A stretch of DNA of 64,000 nt from Mobula hypostoma (lineage: Eukaryota): positions 25,234,001-25,298,000 of the forward strand of contig NC_086108.1 in the NCBI RefSeq assembly GCF_963921235.1, given 5' to 3'. Each line of letters opens with the position of its first letter. Positions within the stretch are counted from its first letter, which is position 1. The translations under genes were made by a program, and so were the position numbers. Shown piece after piece: positions 13,606 through 27,557 of this stretch. The notes beneath the pieces were generated by a model. It ran no database searches. It was not told where the DNA came from and worked only from the letters and a program-made list of their open reading frames with translations.

Positions 13606-14299
13606 TGTAGAAGGGACTAGTTTAATTTGGCATCATAGTATTTTGGGCTGAAGGATCTGTCCCTGGGCTGTATTGTTCTACGTTCCACGATAAACACCCA
13701 AGAAGAATCAAAAATACCTTTGCTAAAACCATGTGATATATGTGAGCTGCACAGCATAACCAAACCACAAAATCCTATATTTCAACACGCACCCATACTA
13801 CTTGTGATGAAGAATTCCTTTTTCTTTTAGAAATCAGAAATTAAGAAAATTCAAAAACAAATTTATATTGTTTTCTGGAAGATTAACAAGCTTATAAAGT
13901 GACTTCAAACCACCTGATCTCAGGTAATTAAAACCACTGAAATATTGCAAATTGGAAGACTATGATTCTTCTTGAAAGGAAACATCGAGTAAGAGATCTA
14001 ATTGAAAATTTAACATTAAGAACAGGTTGTGAATTATAAGCAGGAATTTGTGCAATGGATGTGAGGGAATTCAGCTAACTGCTGTGAGGTCGTATAGATG
14101 CTTTTCACCATCAACACAAATTGCAACATGCAAAGAGGCCATTCTGTCCACTGGCTCCTAGCACTACAATTCTTTCAGTCCTACTTTTCCATTCTGTTTC
14201 TGCAACTTATTCCCTCTTGCAGGCCCATATGAATCTTGTCTTGCCAATTACACTTTGAAACAGTCAGGGACTTTGTGATTTCTACACTTGTTCCATCCT

Positions 14300-14965
14300 A
14301 ACCCGACGCAGGCTGGGAGACTGTTTCGCTGAACACCTACGCTCTGTCTGCCAGAGAAAGCAGGATCTCCCAGTGGCCACACATTTTAATTCCACGTCCC
14401 ATTCCCATTCTGATACGTCTATCCACGGCCTCCTCTACTGTCAAGATGAAGCCACACTCAGGTTGGAGGAACAACACCTTATATTCTATCTGGGTTATCT
14501 CCAACCTGATGGCATGAATATTGACTTCTCTAACTTCCATTAATGCCCCACCTCCCCTTCACACTCCATCCCCTCTTTATTGAATATATTTTTTACTTTC
14601 CCCCCTTTTTTTCTCTCTCTTTTTTCTCCCTTTGTCCCTCTCACTATAACTCCTTGCCCATCCTCTGGGCTTACCCCCCTCCCCCTTTCTTTCTCCCTGG
14701 GCCTCCCGTCCCATGATCCTCTCCCTTCTCCAGCTCTTAGATCCACCCCTCCCCTCCTGTCTTCTCCTATCATTTCAGGTCTCCCCCTCCCCCTCCCATT
14801 TTCAAATCTCTTATTATCTCTTCTTTCAGTTAGTCCTGACGAAGGGTCCTGGCCCGAAATGTTGACTGTACTTCTTCCTATTGATGCTGCCTGGCCTGCT
14901 GCATTCACCAGCATTTTTTGTGTGTGTTCCTTGAATTTCCAGCATCTGCAGATTTCCTCGTGTCT
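14300..14965 (+). mobile_element. Penelope-like element 3' fragment (GIY-YIG C-terminus, pLTR, tail)
   Basis: Encodes TRRRLGDCFAEHLRSV...DLPVATHFNS. Highly similar to 50231-50869. Confidence 0.9.
14832..14867 (+). ncRNA. Minimal type I hammerhead ribozyme motif in PLE pLTR
   Basis: AGTC-CTGACGA-A-GGGTCCTGGCCC-GAAA-TGTT-GACT: helix I AGTC/GACT, CUGAnGA and GAAA cores, helix II GGG/CCC. Confidence 0.7.
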
Positions 14966-15396
14966 ACATAAATGTGAAGTCACCCAAGTGGCAACGAAAA
15001 TGGTATAAATGTAACAGAGCAGTCAGCCTTGTTAGGAATGGCCAATAAACATAAAGAAGAATGACAGAAAGATTGGGTAAACTAGAATCCAATCCTCTGC
15101 ATTCGATTTCTGTGATGGATGATTTGTTTGTTTGCAACTCACTAGTATGTTTTTTTAGCTTACAGGAATTGCATCTGTGTTTTGAAAATTGTTTGTAATT
15201 TGGAAGTCTTTTATAAGATAGAAATCCTCTTTGAGTTTTAAATGCACTTTAAGAATTTTGTTTACATTAAGCATGTATCACTAAAAATAAAAGAACGGCT
15301 CAAATCCTGGGTATTGGCAGCTAAGCTCGCCATGCAGGATAAATCATGGAAGTGAACTAGTCTTTGAAGATTGGGTGGCTACACTATAAGATTTAA

Positions 15397-15626
15397 TCAC
15401 AAAGAAGAGAAAATCTGCCGATGCTGGAATTCCAAACAGCACACAAAATAGTCGAGAAACTCAGCAGCCCAGGCAGCATCTATGGAGAAGATTACAGTCG
15501 ATGCTTCAGGCCAAAACCCTTCAGCAGGTGTGCTGATGAAGGGTCTCGGCCTGAAACATCAACTCTATTCTTTTCCATAGGTGCTGCCTGGCCTCCTGAG
15601 TTTCTCCAGCATTTTGTGTGTGTTTT
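15397..15626. mobile_element. Palindromic mini-Penelope insertion (two pLTR ends back to back)
   Basis: Minus arm with tail 15397-~15528; plus arm without tail ~15530-15626. Exact TSD TAAGATTTAA at 15387-15396 and 15627-15636. Confidence 0.8.
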
Positions 15627-15639
15627 TAAGATTTAAAAT

Positions 15640-16567
15640 GGTTCAAGATGGCGGTAGTGAATCTCAGTGATTAAAGAAACAGGCAAGACAACTAAATACT
15701 TTGATAATCACTTCTTTTTTGGTAAACAATCATTGCAAAAAATAGTGTCCAACTACCCTTTGGACTTGGAGGCAATTTGATGAGGCAGAGCCGAGGCAGC
15801 AAATCCTTCACCAAGAGCGAGGAAGACCCGAGGTTTGATCGATTTAAGTGCCGGGCTGAATTGGAAATGCCGGGTACAGGCTGAATCGAGGCGGCAGAGT
15901 CCAGGCCTCAGAATGTGTTGAAGTGACTGAACCTGATGTTTGGGTAATGATTTAGGCGCTAGGCTAGATTGGAAAGGTCAGGGTGTTGGGGCCCTGAACC
16001 GAGGGATAGGTTTGTTCAGCTCACTGCTCCACGACATTTACTCAGCCCTGCGCTGAACTATGGGTCTCCGACTCTCTTCATGGACTTCAGTTCAGAACTC
16101 TATTTGCTGTTTTAAATATACTCTTTTCCATGGATGCTGCCTGATCTGCTGCGTTTCTCCAGCATTTTGTGTGTATTGCTTGGATTTCCAGCATCTAATT
16201 TTCTCTTCTTTGTGATTAAATCTTAAAAGGGATGTTATACTGTAGCCACCCAATCTTCAAAGACTAGCTCACTTCCATGTTTATCCTGCATGGCGAGCTG
16301 AGCTGCCAATACCCACGATTTGAGTGGTTCTTTTATTTTTAGTGATACATGCTTAAATTTAAACAAAATTCTTAAAACACATTTAAAACTTAATAGGCTA
16401 TTGTCTGCATGATTTGTTTTTCTTTTCTCGACACGTTGTGGTGTTTGATGGTCTTTTTTAAAAATGGGTTGTTTTGGGTTTCTTTGTTTTGCAGCTGCCT
16501 GTTAGAAATCGAATCTCAAGCTTGTATGATGTATACAGGCTTTGATGATAAATGTACTTTGAACTTT
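15640..16567 (+). mobile_element. Non-autonomous Rex1-tailed repeat, interrupted by a duplicated segment at 16121-16393
   Basis: Starts TTCAAGATGGCGG and ends GATAAATGTACTTTGAACTTT, like the Rex1 at 34044-37188. Confidence 0.55.
16121..16393 (+). repeat. Inverted duplicate of 15231-15491 (PLE 3' end plus ~165 bp of flank)
   Basis: The reverse complement aligns throughout, e.g. GCATGTATCACTAAAAATAAAAGAAC and CTAGTCTTTGAAGATTGGGTGGCTACA, including the PLE/flank junction. Confidence 0.9.
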
Positions 16568-16734
16568 AGGGAGGATACCAATAGCTGTCTATGTCGGACA
16601 GGGCTTAAGGATTTCATGGTCAGCAAACGTTATGCTGTCACAGGATATTGGAAGAGTGAATTAAACACAGAAAATGGGGTCAGGTTGTATCCAGGGAGAG
16701 ATAAAGAGAGTTATTGCTTCAAGTCAATGACTGT

Positions 16735-17225
16735 TCATAGAGTCAAAGATTGTGCAGCATGGAAGTTGGCCCTGCAGATGACCACACTAATGATGACTTT
16801 TTGACCCATCTACACAAATCCTATCTGCCTGCATTTGGACTGCATCGTACTATCTCTTGTCTTTTAAAGTGTTTTCTGAATGTCTCTTAAATATAATAAA
16901 TGCACCTGTTTATACTACCTCTGATGAAACTGCATTCTAGGTATCAACCAATCTTTGTAAAATAACGTACCCCTCAGATCACTTTTAAAACTCCTACTCC
17001 TTATCTTGAAACTATACTTTCTTGTTTTGAAATCCCAATGATGGAAAAAAATATTGACTGCCCATCCTATTTATGCTCTTATAGCATTATATACTTTTAT
17101 CGGGTCTCCCCTTAGCCTTCTGTACTTCAGTGAAAGCAAACCTAATTGACCCCATTACTAATGTCCTCCAATTCGCTCAACATCCTGGTGAATCTTCTCT
17201 GCACCCTCTCCTGTACGATCACATG
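16735..17225 (-). mobile_element. Old CR1 LINE 3' fragment
   Basis: Reverse of the VQERVQRRFTRM-type motif (CATCCTGGTGAATCTTCTCTGCACCCTCTC) and of a CR1 3' UTR. Confidence 0.65.
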
Positions 17226-17649
17226 TTTCCTCACTCATCAGAACTGAGAGAAGTTAAAACTTTGTTTACATATTTAATGGTTCCTGTGAGAGTTCTTTAA
17301 TGAGATTGAAATAAGATGATGTCACAGCTGCTGCATTCTAGAGAAACTTTGAAATGATTAAAACCAGCGGAGCAAGCAAGTGATTAAAGGAGAATCTGAA
17401 AATATAAAGCTTTCAAAAACAAAGACAAGATTTTAATCTTAAAAACTCAAAGGACAGTAGGCATTAGAAAGATCAGGAAATTCTTGTCACAGGGATCACC
17501 ACTTATAGGGAGGTGTCTATATGGTCAACGGTGTAGGCCATCACACTATATATCAGGGCAAGATCTGGGCCATAAACCTAACAGTAATATATCGGAACAT
17601 TATTCACAAAATATATCTCTATCTTTAGCAGCACAGCAACTGTTGTTAC

Positions 17650-17853
17650 TTAGCTTCCTCTATCACATTACTGCTAGCCTCCTTCCCCTCCCCCCACCTT
17701 TTTATTCTAGCATCCTTCTGCTTTCTTTTCTGTCCTAAAGATGGTTTTTGGCCTGAAATATCGACTGTTTATTCATTTCCATAGATGCTGCCTGACCTGC
17801 TGAGTTCCTCCAGCATTCTGGATTTCTAGCATCTGCAGATTTTTTTTGTGTTT
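17650..17853 (+). mobile_element. Degenerate Penelope-like 3' end
   Basis: Decayed hammerhead motif (GGCCTGAAATATCGACT), then ATAGATGCTGCCTGACCTGCTGAGTTCCTCCAGC and the GCATCTGCAGA tail. Confidence 0.75.
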
Positions 17854-20719
17854 ATTGTTACAGCTGTTTATGTCATAACATGTGATAGCTGTTGGCAATT
17901 CATTGCAGATGGAGATTTGCCATATTTCCAATAAAATGCCATTGGCAAGTTACCACATCATACAGATTTTTTGTTCCCAAGAAGGCAAAGGAATCTAAAA
18001 CTCAGATATCATATTTTAGTTGTCACCACTCTATCTCGGTCTTTGGATTAACGTCATATCTCAAAAATCCTTTTTCCAATATCATGAATGTCTTACACAT
18101 TTATGATTGAGAAACCATGGAATGGATACAACATAGAAGGCAGTTATCCAGCCCATTGTATTTATTCCAGATGTAATTTAGATCACCTGATGGAAAGTTC
18201 AGAGGAGTAATTAAACAATTCATTTATCCTATACTTAGGTTAACTCCATTACATGCTGGTCCTGAAGCAGTATATCAGTTTGTAAAAATTAATTCTTTAT
18301 ATTTATATGTTGTACAGAAAAAGGCTGATAGAATGTAATCCAATAAAGATATCCAAGTGATTTATAAAAAGAGCAATTCGTCCCTCAGAGTGAATTACAA
18401 TGTATTATTTCACTGACATAGTCAGGCAATTTTCCACAAAGAGCAATGGATTCTTGGATCAACTGCATGTTATAATCCAATTCAAAGGCCTTTATGTGGA
18501 AAAGAAGATATGGGAAATGAATTACAGCCTGCAATCTAATTTATATGGTATAAGTCTAAAGTTACAACTACTCAGAGGCCCACACTGGGAGGGAAATAGG
18601 GAGGGGCAGCAGAGTCATGAAAGGTTGTAATTCAATTGAATGATTTGAGTGACATAAAGAAAATAATACACCTCCAAGCTATTACAAAGCATTAATCATA
18701 TTTTAAGGGTCCGATTACTTCATAAATCATATGCTTGAGATGAGGCAGGACTCTGAAAACAGGTTCAGTTGATATACTGATGCCTGTGAGGAAATGCTTG
18801 AGGACATTTCCAAGAATGCAATTAATATTAATTTTATAAAACATAATAAGCTATTAAATACAGTCAGAGGGAAACACGCATGGCTTATAGAAGTAATGGA
18901 ATTCTTCAAAAAGAATCGTAAAAAGTTGTACAACAAAATTATAAAAACACTCTGCAATTATACAGAAATAGCAATACTTCAGTATCTGACTCATTGGAGC
19001 TGTTAAACTTTTCAGAACCACATTTCCCACAACTCCCTTCAACACATTAGGGCCCTGGTTCCTACCCTCCCTTTAAACATACTGGTGCCAACTCTTCCTT
19101 TGAACAAACTAGGGTTCGCAGATCCATGCTCCCTTGAAATTCACCAGATTCGCTGAAAATTTGATTGTTCTACTACACCTAAAAAAATTAAAGTGTGCAG
19201 GGTATTACGTGAATAACAACCAAGTGTATGGAAAATCTGACAGTTTGGCACCACCAAGGTGATTAGGCTGCTGGATTAACAAAGTTTTATAATATTCAGT
19301 TTCTAAATGAATTCAATATTAAGCAATATTCAATATTAATACCGAATTCAATATTAATTGAATGCCACAAAATATCTTCGTAACAGCAAGTTGATGACAA
19401 GGCTGAGTAGAGAATAACATTTTTAATGAACTGGACCAAGTAAGTCATTGGACTAGCACTTTAAATAGCAATAGCACTTTAAATATAACTATACATGATA
19501 ATTGTGCTTGATGAAAGATTAATGAAGGATTTTTACTTAAGAAATCTATTGGCAAGTTTGGAATGCCATAAATGAATTGAATGTGATTACAAGACATGAA
19601 TGGGGCTAATTTTGCAATGAAAATTTGGGTCTTTCACATTGTGGACTCAATGCTAGAATATTTAACTTTATTACTGTCTCATGACACACCTTGAATGCTA
19701 TATTAAAATAAACCATTTGCATCTCTCAATGGTGAAGAAAAACATGGGTTCAACCAAGATCAACATGATGGTTCTGGGACCTGACTACGAAGGACAACAG
19801 AATTCACTATTAAATAAGTTTTTTATTAGCTTTCCAAAAAATAAAGGGAGTTCAAACCAGTAACCAGTTACTTATCTGATGTGATCTCTCTGTTCCCAGT
19901 TAATGAAAACTGAAACAAAATATCTAAACCTAAATAGGATACTTCCTTTCTCCACTACAACAGAACTCAGTTTACATCAAAGACACCCAGCAAATTTCAA
20001 TTTTGACTTAAGCTATTTAAATAATGCAAATAAAGCATACTTGCTTTATGCTGATTGTGTTAAATGCTCAAACCATGAGGTTATATTCGAAGAAACTGAA
20101 CCTACTTTTATTTGCAAAAGTAACTTCAGATCTACGGTATAACTTTCATTTATACCTTGAAATTCGTAAGTCCTAAAATCACAGCCATGTTTAACAATTG
20201 CAAGAATTCTTAGTTCAAATTGACAGAGATGTAGATTGTGATGTTTTGAATGCTGGAAGCATAAAACACTGTATTTAGATCAAAGGTCAAGAATCAAGGG
20301 TCAACAATGTTGGGTGCGGCCTCAAAGGCTCACTTTTTTTCTGATTTAACTTGGTGATAGATTGGTACTACAGAAAGTAAATGAATTGAACACTGTTCAG
20401 AAGGAGCCAAATGTCTGATACCTTATCTAAAGTAATTACCATGATTTCTCTGCTATAAAGAATTCTGCAGAAACATTTTGGCAATCTATATTGCAACATG
20501 CACTATATTTGCTTCATCCGTATTGTCTCCTATTTCTTCTGAGGATTCTGTTAAATCAGCCTGTTGTGATTAGACTGTAAGAAATCCATTCTTTCTTCTC
20601 TTAACTAACTTCAAAATGTGTGTGGATTATTTCTTACATTAATATCTGTTTGCATAATCACTGACTGATTGACAAAGCTGCAGTTCTCCATTTCTGAACG
20701 GATTGATTTGACGGCAACA

Positions 20720-20766
<47 letters not shown>
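20720..20766. repeat. (CT)n microsatellite
   Basis: Near-perfect CT dinucleotide run. Confidence 0.95.
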
Positions 20767-20769
<3 letters not shown>

Positions 20770-22098
20770 CAATTTCAGATTTATGTTTGCATTAATAAGA
20801 GGAATGGGCTCAAATATCTGCCATTATAATATTATGTATTGTCTCCTTGGAATGTCACCTCTCTTTCAGTACCATTTACTTGTCTATGATTATATCACTG
20901 AGTTGGCTCACTTTATTGATAGTTTTTTGTGCCACGAGAATTTTGTACGAAAGACAGTATACATTAATCATTTAATGATTTGCCTTTATTTTGCATTTAT
21001 ATTAAAATATCAGATATACTACTAATCACAGTACACTTTCTTTAGTTGTGCTTCTATTTTATTCATATTTATCTTTTCCATTATTGAGAAGATGCTCTGC
21101 ATTCCCAGATTTCTCTAAATTCATTTTTCTACATATTGCTTTCAGTCTCTGGATTTTATGCTTGGTTTCATTTTCTTTTGTAATTAGAACCTTTGAATTT
21201 ACCGATTACAAACTTACATTTCTATATTTATTGGGCTTCTGTTGCAAAGCCTATACATCTTGTGTGGGTATGACTAGTCAGGTCAGAAGCATCTTTGATA
21301 TGAATATTTCCCATTGTTTTATTTATTAATAACATCAAGGTGAGTCCCAGATTTATCCAAATTGCTTTTTTCTGTGGTAAGTGCCTTTAGTTCTAAACAC
21401 ATGAGGCTTTTTGATATTTAATTAGCTATATATATATACAATTATTCTGACCATCACCTTAAAGCCATAATTTCCTTTTTGTGTCATAAATTCTTGAATA
21501 TAAAAATCATGTTAAAAATATGAAACTGTATTTTGCGAGAAATACTTAACAACATTTCTTCCAATTGGTAATAAATGGGTTTACTGCTCTTTCCCATCCT
21601 TTTACTCATTATGACTTCACAAAGAATCCAATTCTAATTCTTCTGGTATTTAATATCTGTCCTGTGCTATATGACCTCTGATCGTGGTTCTCTGAGGCAT
21701 TTATTATTTATCCATGTCTGGCCACATCTCTGCTCATACACTGAATTTCCTTGGTGATTGGCTGTAGCTTTGCAAGAATGTGATCTCAGGTCTAACCTCA
21801 GGCCACCTTTAATTTGATATTTTTTTCTGCTTCAGGATCAAACTGCACTTTTTATATATAAAGTGCATACTTCCTTGCTGATGATTATTTATTTTTTCCT
21901 TGACATTATTCTACCATGATGGGTTTTCATGTTTTACCATTCCATAGATTTGATCTTGTTTTCCTTTGCTATCTTCCTCCTAACAGGTCCAGGTTTTATA
22001 GGCATTTAATACTTTCATTGTGCTCTGAGCTCCATGTGGTTTAGTGTGAAAAGATATCTCTGTATAAAATGTAGGTGAAAGGATATGTAGTGATTTTA

Positions 22099-22588
<490 letters not shown>

Positions 22589-22849
22589 GAACTCATGTTT
22601 GTAAGGAAAATAGCAACAGCATTTCACAGAAAGGTATTTATCTTCAAGTGAGCTTGGAAATTAAAGGCTTTTTAGACCGGACGGTAAAGAACAGAAGTGG
22701 TGAAAGACTAAAAAGGCAAAGGCATCTACTCTCATTCCAACTTTCCTTACCTGACCTTTTCAACAAAGCATTAACAATGACACACACTCATTGTAACCAT
22801 TGGCTATTGTCTATGGCAGAATGATACAGACACAAGAAAGCTTTCGTAA

Positions 22850-25800
22850 ATAGAACATCGAACAGTACAGCAATAGACAGTTCAGCCCACAAATGTCTGT
22901 GCTGTGAATGATGTTGAATTAAACTAAATCATCTCTTCTGCCTGTATAGGATTCTATATCCCCTACATTTCCTCTATGTTCCTGTATCTTTCTAACAGCC
23001 TTTTAAATGGGACTATTGTATCTGCTTCCACCACTGCATCTGAAAGCCCATCCCAGGCACCTACCATTCTATTTAACAAAAAAAAAATCATGCCCCACTC
23101 ATCCCTTTTAACCTTCCCCTTCTCACCTTAAGTGCATGTCCTCTCACATTTGACATTGCTGTCACAGGAAAAAGGAGTTTATCTGTGCCTCTCATCATTT
23201 AATAAACTTCCATCAGTTCTCTCATCATCCAATTCTCCAAAGGAAACAACCAAGTTTGTTCAACCACACCTTGTAGCTCATACTGTCTCCTTTCTAATCC
23301 AGGCAGCATCCTGCTAAACTCCTTCTGCACCATCCAAAGCCTCCACAGTCTTCTTGTAATGGGCAACCAAAGTGGCATACTCAAAACCGAGGTTTTATAT
23401 AGCTGTAACTTGATTTCTATAGAGAATAAGACATGGGAGCAGAATCAGGCCATTTAGCCCATCGTTCAATTGTTCTGTCATTCAATCATGGTTGATCATT
23501 TTCTCCCCTCCTCAGCCCCATTCCTCGACCTTCTCCCATAACCTTTCAAACTCTGCCTTAAATACATCCAGTGTCCTGGCCTCCACAGCTGCCTGTGGTA
23601 ACAAATTCCATAAATTCTCCACCCTCTAGTTAAAGAAATTTCTCTGCATCTCTGTTTTAAATGGACAGCTCTCTACCCTGAGGCTACGCCCTCTTGTCCT
23701 GGACTCCCCTACCATGGAAACATTCCTTCCAAATCTACTCTGTCTAGGCCTTTCAACATTTGAAAGGTTTCAATGAAATCCCCCCTCATCCTTCTAAATT
23801 CCAGCGAGTACAAACCCATCAAACGTTTCTCATAAGGTAACCCTTTCATTCCTGGAATCATCCTTGTGAACCTTCTCTGATTCTCTCCAACACCAGCACA
23901 TCTTTTCCAAGATGAGGGGCCCAAAGCTGTTCACAATAATCAAGGTGAGGCCTCGCTAGTGCCTCATAAAGCCTCAGCATCACATCCCTGCTCTTATATT
24001 CTAGACCTGTTGAAATGAATGCTAACATTGCATTTGCCTTCCTCAGCACTGACTCAACCTGTAAGTTAACCTTTAGGAAGTTCTGCATAAGGACTTCCAA
24101 GTCCTTTTGCATTTTAGATTTTTGGATTTTCTCCCCATTTAGGAAATAGTCTGCACATTTACTTCTACAAAGTGCATGAACATGCATTTTCCAACATTGT
24201 ATTTCATTTGCCACTCTCTTGCCCATTCTCCTAATCTGTCTAAGTCCTACCGCAGCCTTCCTGTTTCCTCAGCACTACCTGCCCCTCCACCAATATTTAT
24301 ATCAACTGCAAACTTGGCAGAAAAGCCATCTATTCCATCATCTAAATCATTGATATACAGCATAAAAAGAAGCAGCCCCAACACCGACACCTGCGGAACA
24401 CTACTAGTCACCAGCAGCCGACCAGAAAAGGATCCTTTTATTCCCACTCACTGCCTCCTACAAATCAGCCAATTCTCTAACTATACTAGTAACTTTCCTG
24501 TAATACCATGGGTTCTTAACTTGGTAAGCAGCCACTTCTGTGGCACTTGTCAAAGCCCTTCTGAAAATCCAAATATACAACATCCACTGCATCCCTTTTT
24601 TCTGTCCTACTTGTAATTTCCTCAAAGAATTCCAAAAGTTTCATCAGGCAAGATTTCCCTTAAGAAAACCATGTTGACTTCATCCTATCTTGTCCTATGC
24701 AACCAAGTACTCCATAACCTCATCCTTAACAATTGACTCCATCATCTTCCCAACCACTGAGATCAGGCTAACTGGCCTATAATTTCCTTTCTGCTGCCTC
24801 CATCCTTTCTTAAGGAGTGAAGTGACATTTGCAAATTTCCTGTCCTCCAGAACCATGCCAAAGTCCAATGATTCTTGAAAGATCATTACTCATGCCTCCA
24901 CAATCTCTACCGCTACCTCTTTCAGAACCCTAAGGTGCAGTTCATCTGTTCTAGGTGACTTATGCACCTTTAGGTCTTCCATTTTTTGAGGCATCTTCTC
25001 CCTCGTAGTCGTAACTGCACTCACATCTCTTCCCTCACATCTTTCAACATCTGGTACACTACTAGTGTCTTACACAGGAAGACCGATGCAAAATATTCAT
25101 TTAGTTCATCTGCCATCTTCTTGTCCCCGTTACAATTTCTCTGGCCTCATTTTCTGGTGGTCCTGTATCCACTCTCAACTCGGTTTTTTTTAACTTAAAC
25201 ATTTTTTTCTCTCCATCTTGATATTGTTTGCTAGCTTGGTTTCATATTTCATCTTTTCTCTCCTAATGATTCTTTTAGTTGTTTTCTCTAGGTTCTTAAA
25301 AGTTTCCCAATCCTCTATCTTCCTGCTAATTTTTGCTTTGTTATATGTTCTCTCTTTTGCTTTTATATTAGCTTTGACTTCATTTGCCTGCCACAGTTGT
25401 GCTATCTTGCCATGTGAATTTTTTTTCTTTGTTTTTGGAATACATCTATCCTGCATGTTCTTCATTTTTCCCAGAAACTCAAGCCATTGCTGCTCTGCTG
25501 TCATCCCTGCCAGCATCTCCTTCCAATTTAATTTGGCCAACTCCTCTCTCATACCACTGTAATTTCCTTTACTCCAGTGAAATACTGCGATGTCAGACTT
25601 TACTTTCTGCCTATCAAATTTCAAGTTGAACTCAATCATATTGTGATCAGTACATCCTTCGCGTTCCTTTACCTCCCTTATCACCTCCAGTTCATTACAT
25701 AACACCAAATCCAGTATAGCTGTTCCCCTAGTAGAGTTAACAACAAGCTACTGTAAAAGGCCATCTCATAGGCATTCACTGTCTTGAGATCCGTTATCAA

Positions 25801-27170
25801 CCTGATTTTCCCAATCTACTTGCAAGTTGAAATTTCCCATGACTATCATAAAATTGTCTTTTTGACACACTTTTTCTACTTCCCATTGCATTCTGTAGTC
25901 CACACTCCAGCTATTGTTTGGAGGCCTATATATAACTGCCATCAGGATCTTTTTACCTTTGCAGTTTCTTAGCTCAACCCTCATGGATTCAACGTCTTCT
26001 GATCTTATGTCATTTCTTTCTAATAAATTGATGCTATTCTTTACCTGTAGAGCCACACTACCCCTCTGTCTACCTTCCTATCCCTCCGATACAATGTGTA
26101 ACCTTGGACATTCAACTCCCACTACAACCATCCTTCAGCCCCGATTCCGTCATGGTTACAACATCACACCCGCCAATCTGTAAAAGTGCAACAGGATCAT
26201 CCACCTTGTTTCTTATACTCAGTGCATTGTGATATAATACTTTGAGTACTATATTTGCTACCCTTTTTGATTATGCATCTCTAATGCACTGATACTCACC
26301 TCGCTGGCTGCAATTTTGTCTTATCAATTGCCTGCCTTTCCTAACAGTCTGATTGCACGCTATCTTTGCTTTTTTTTACCATCCGTCCTATCCTGAGTCC
26401 CATCCCCATGCCAAATTAGCTTAACCCCCCCCCCCCCGCAACAGCTCTAATAAAACTGCCCGCCAGAAAATTTCCCCTTGGGTTCTGCTGCAACCCGTCC
26501 CTTTTGTACAGGTCATACCTCCCCCAGAAGAGATTCCAATGATCCAAGAACCTGAAGCCCTGCCCCCTGCACCAGCTTCTCAGCCACACATTTATGTGCC
26601 AAATTGTCCTGTTTCTACCCTCACTGGCACAAAGCACAGATAGCAATCCAGAAATGACTACCGTGGAGATCCTGCTTTCTGCCTAGCTCTCTGAATCCAA
26701 TGTATCAGTATGAAGTAAGAGATCTGGCTGCTCCCTCTCCCCCTCCACAATGCCGTGGATGCAGTCTGAGATGTCCCTGAGCCTGGCACCTGGGAGGTAA
26801 CATACCATCCGAGGGTCCTGTTCAGGTCCACAGAATCTCCCATCTGTTCCTCCGACTGTTGAGTCCCCTATCAGTACCACTCCCCTCTTCTCCCTCTTTC
26901 CCTTCTGCACTCTGGACCCATGCTCAGTGACAGTAACATGGCCTCCGTTGCATTCCCCTGGGAGGTCGTGCACTTACACTTACTGCCCGACTGATGAAGA
27001 AAAGCATGAAATTCCCTTTTTTACCACCTATCAACTTGTGTGGCCACTTTCAGTGAGATATGGACTTGGACATCAAGATCCCTGTGTATGTCAATGTAGT
27101 TGTGGGTCCTGCCATTAAGTGTATACTTTCCTCTTACATTGAACCTTCCAAAGTACAATGCCACATACTG
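22850..27170 (-). mobile_element. Older CR1 fragment, split (22850-~23418 and ~26985-27170) by a younger CR1
   Basis: CR1 3' UTR and VQKEFSRMLPGLE segment on the left; upstream RT continuation (DLDVQVHISLKVATQVDRW) on the right. Confidence 0.55.
23420..26970 (-). mobile_element. CR1-clade LINE, degenerate: ORF1 SGNH-esterase end, APE, RT and 3' UTR
   Basis: VLIGDSTVGGTDGRFCG, WLRSWCRGQGFRFLDHW, VIYRPPN, TDHNMIEF, NYRPVSLISVVGK, VPQVSVLG, LYINDLDDGI, RPHLDYCEQLWAP. Confidence 0.92.
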
Positions 27171-27557
27171 TATTTCTAGCATGTGCTAGAAATCTGAAAT
27201 AAAAGTAGGAAATGCAGATCAAGCAGTTTAAGTCCATAATCCTTCAACAAGGGTGAACAGGGAAAAAGGATCTGACAGGTATTAAGTTAGAAAGCAGAGG
27301 AGAACCTCTTCCAGTTCCACAAGAGAAAAGCATGGAAACTCCCCTTGGCCCTTAATATTAGGATGTGACAAATAGTCAGAGCTTCGAAAAGCAAACTGTT
27401 GGAGGAGCATCAGAGAATGGAAATAGACAGTCAGTGTTTCAGGTCAGTGCCCTTCATTTGTCTCACTGAAAACTAGTTGCAAGTATGCCTAAGTGAAGAA
27501 AGTTACAGCATAATTTCTTGGAACATAGAACATAGAACATAGAACATGCCTATCTAA

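Noticed and set aside
26416..26973. Host GDSL/SGNH esterase gene
   Set aside because: It is the esterase domain of CR1 ORF1, broken and adjacent to CR1 ORF2; a second copy lies at ~29750-30270.
27521..27547. (AGAACAT)n as a functional repeat
   Set aside because: Matches the reverse of the CR1 (ATGTTCT)n tail (compare 52201-52213), so probably a tail-only remnant.
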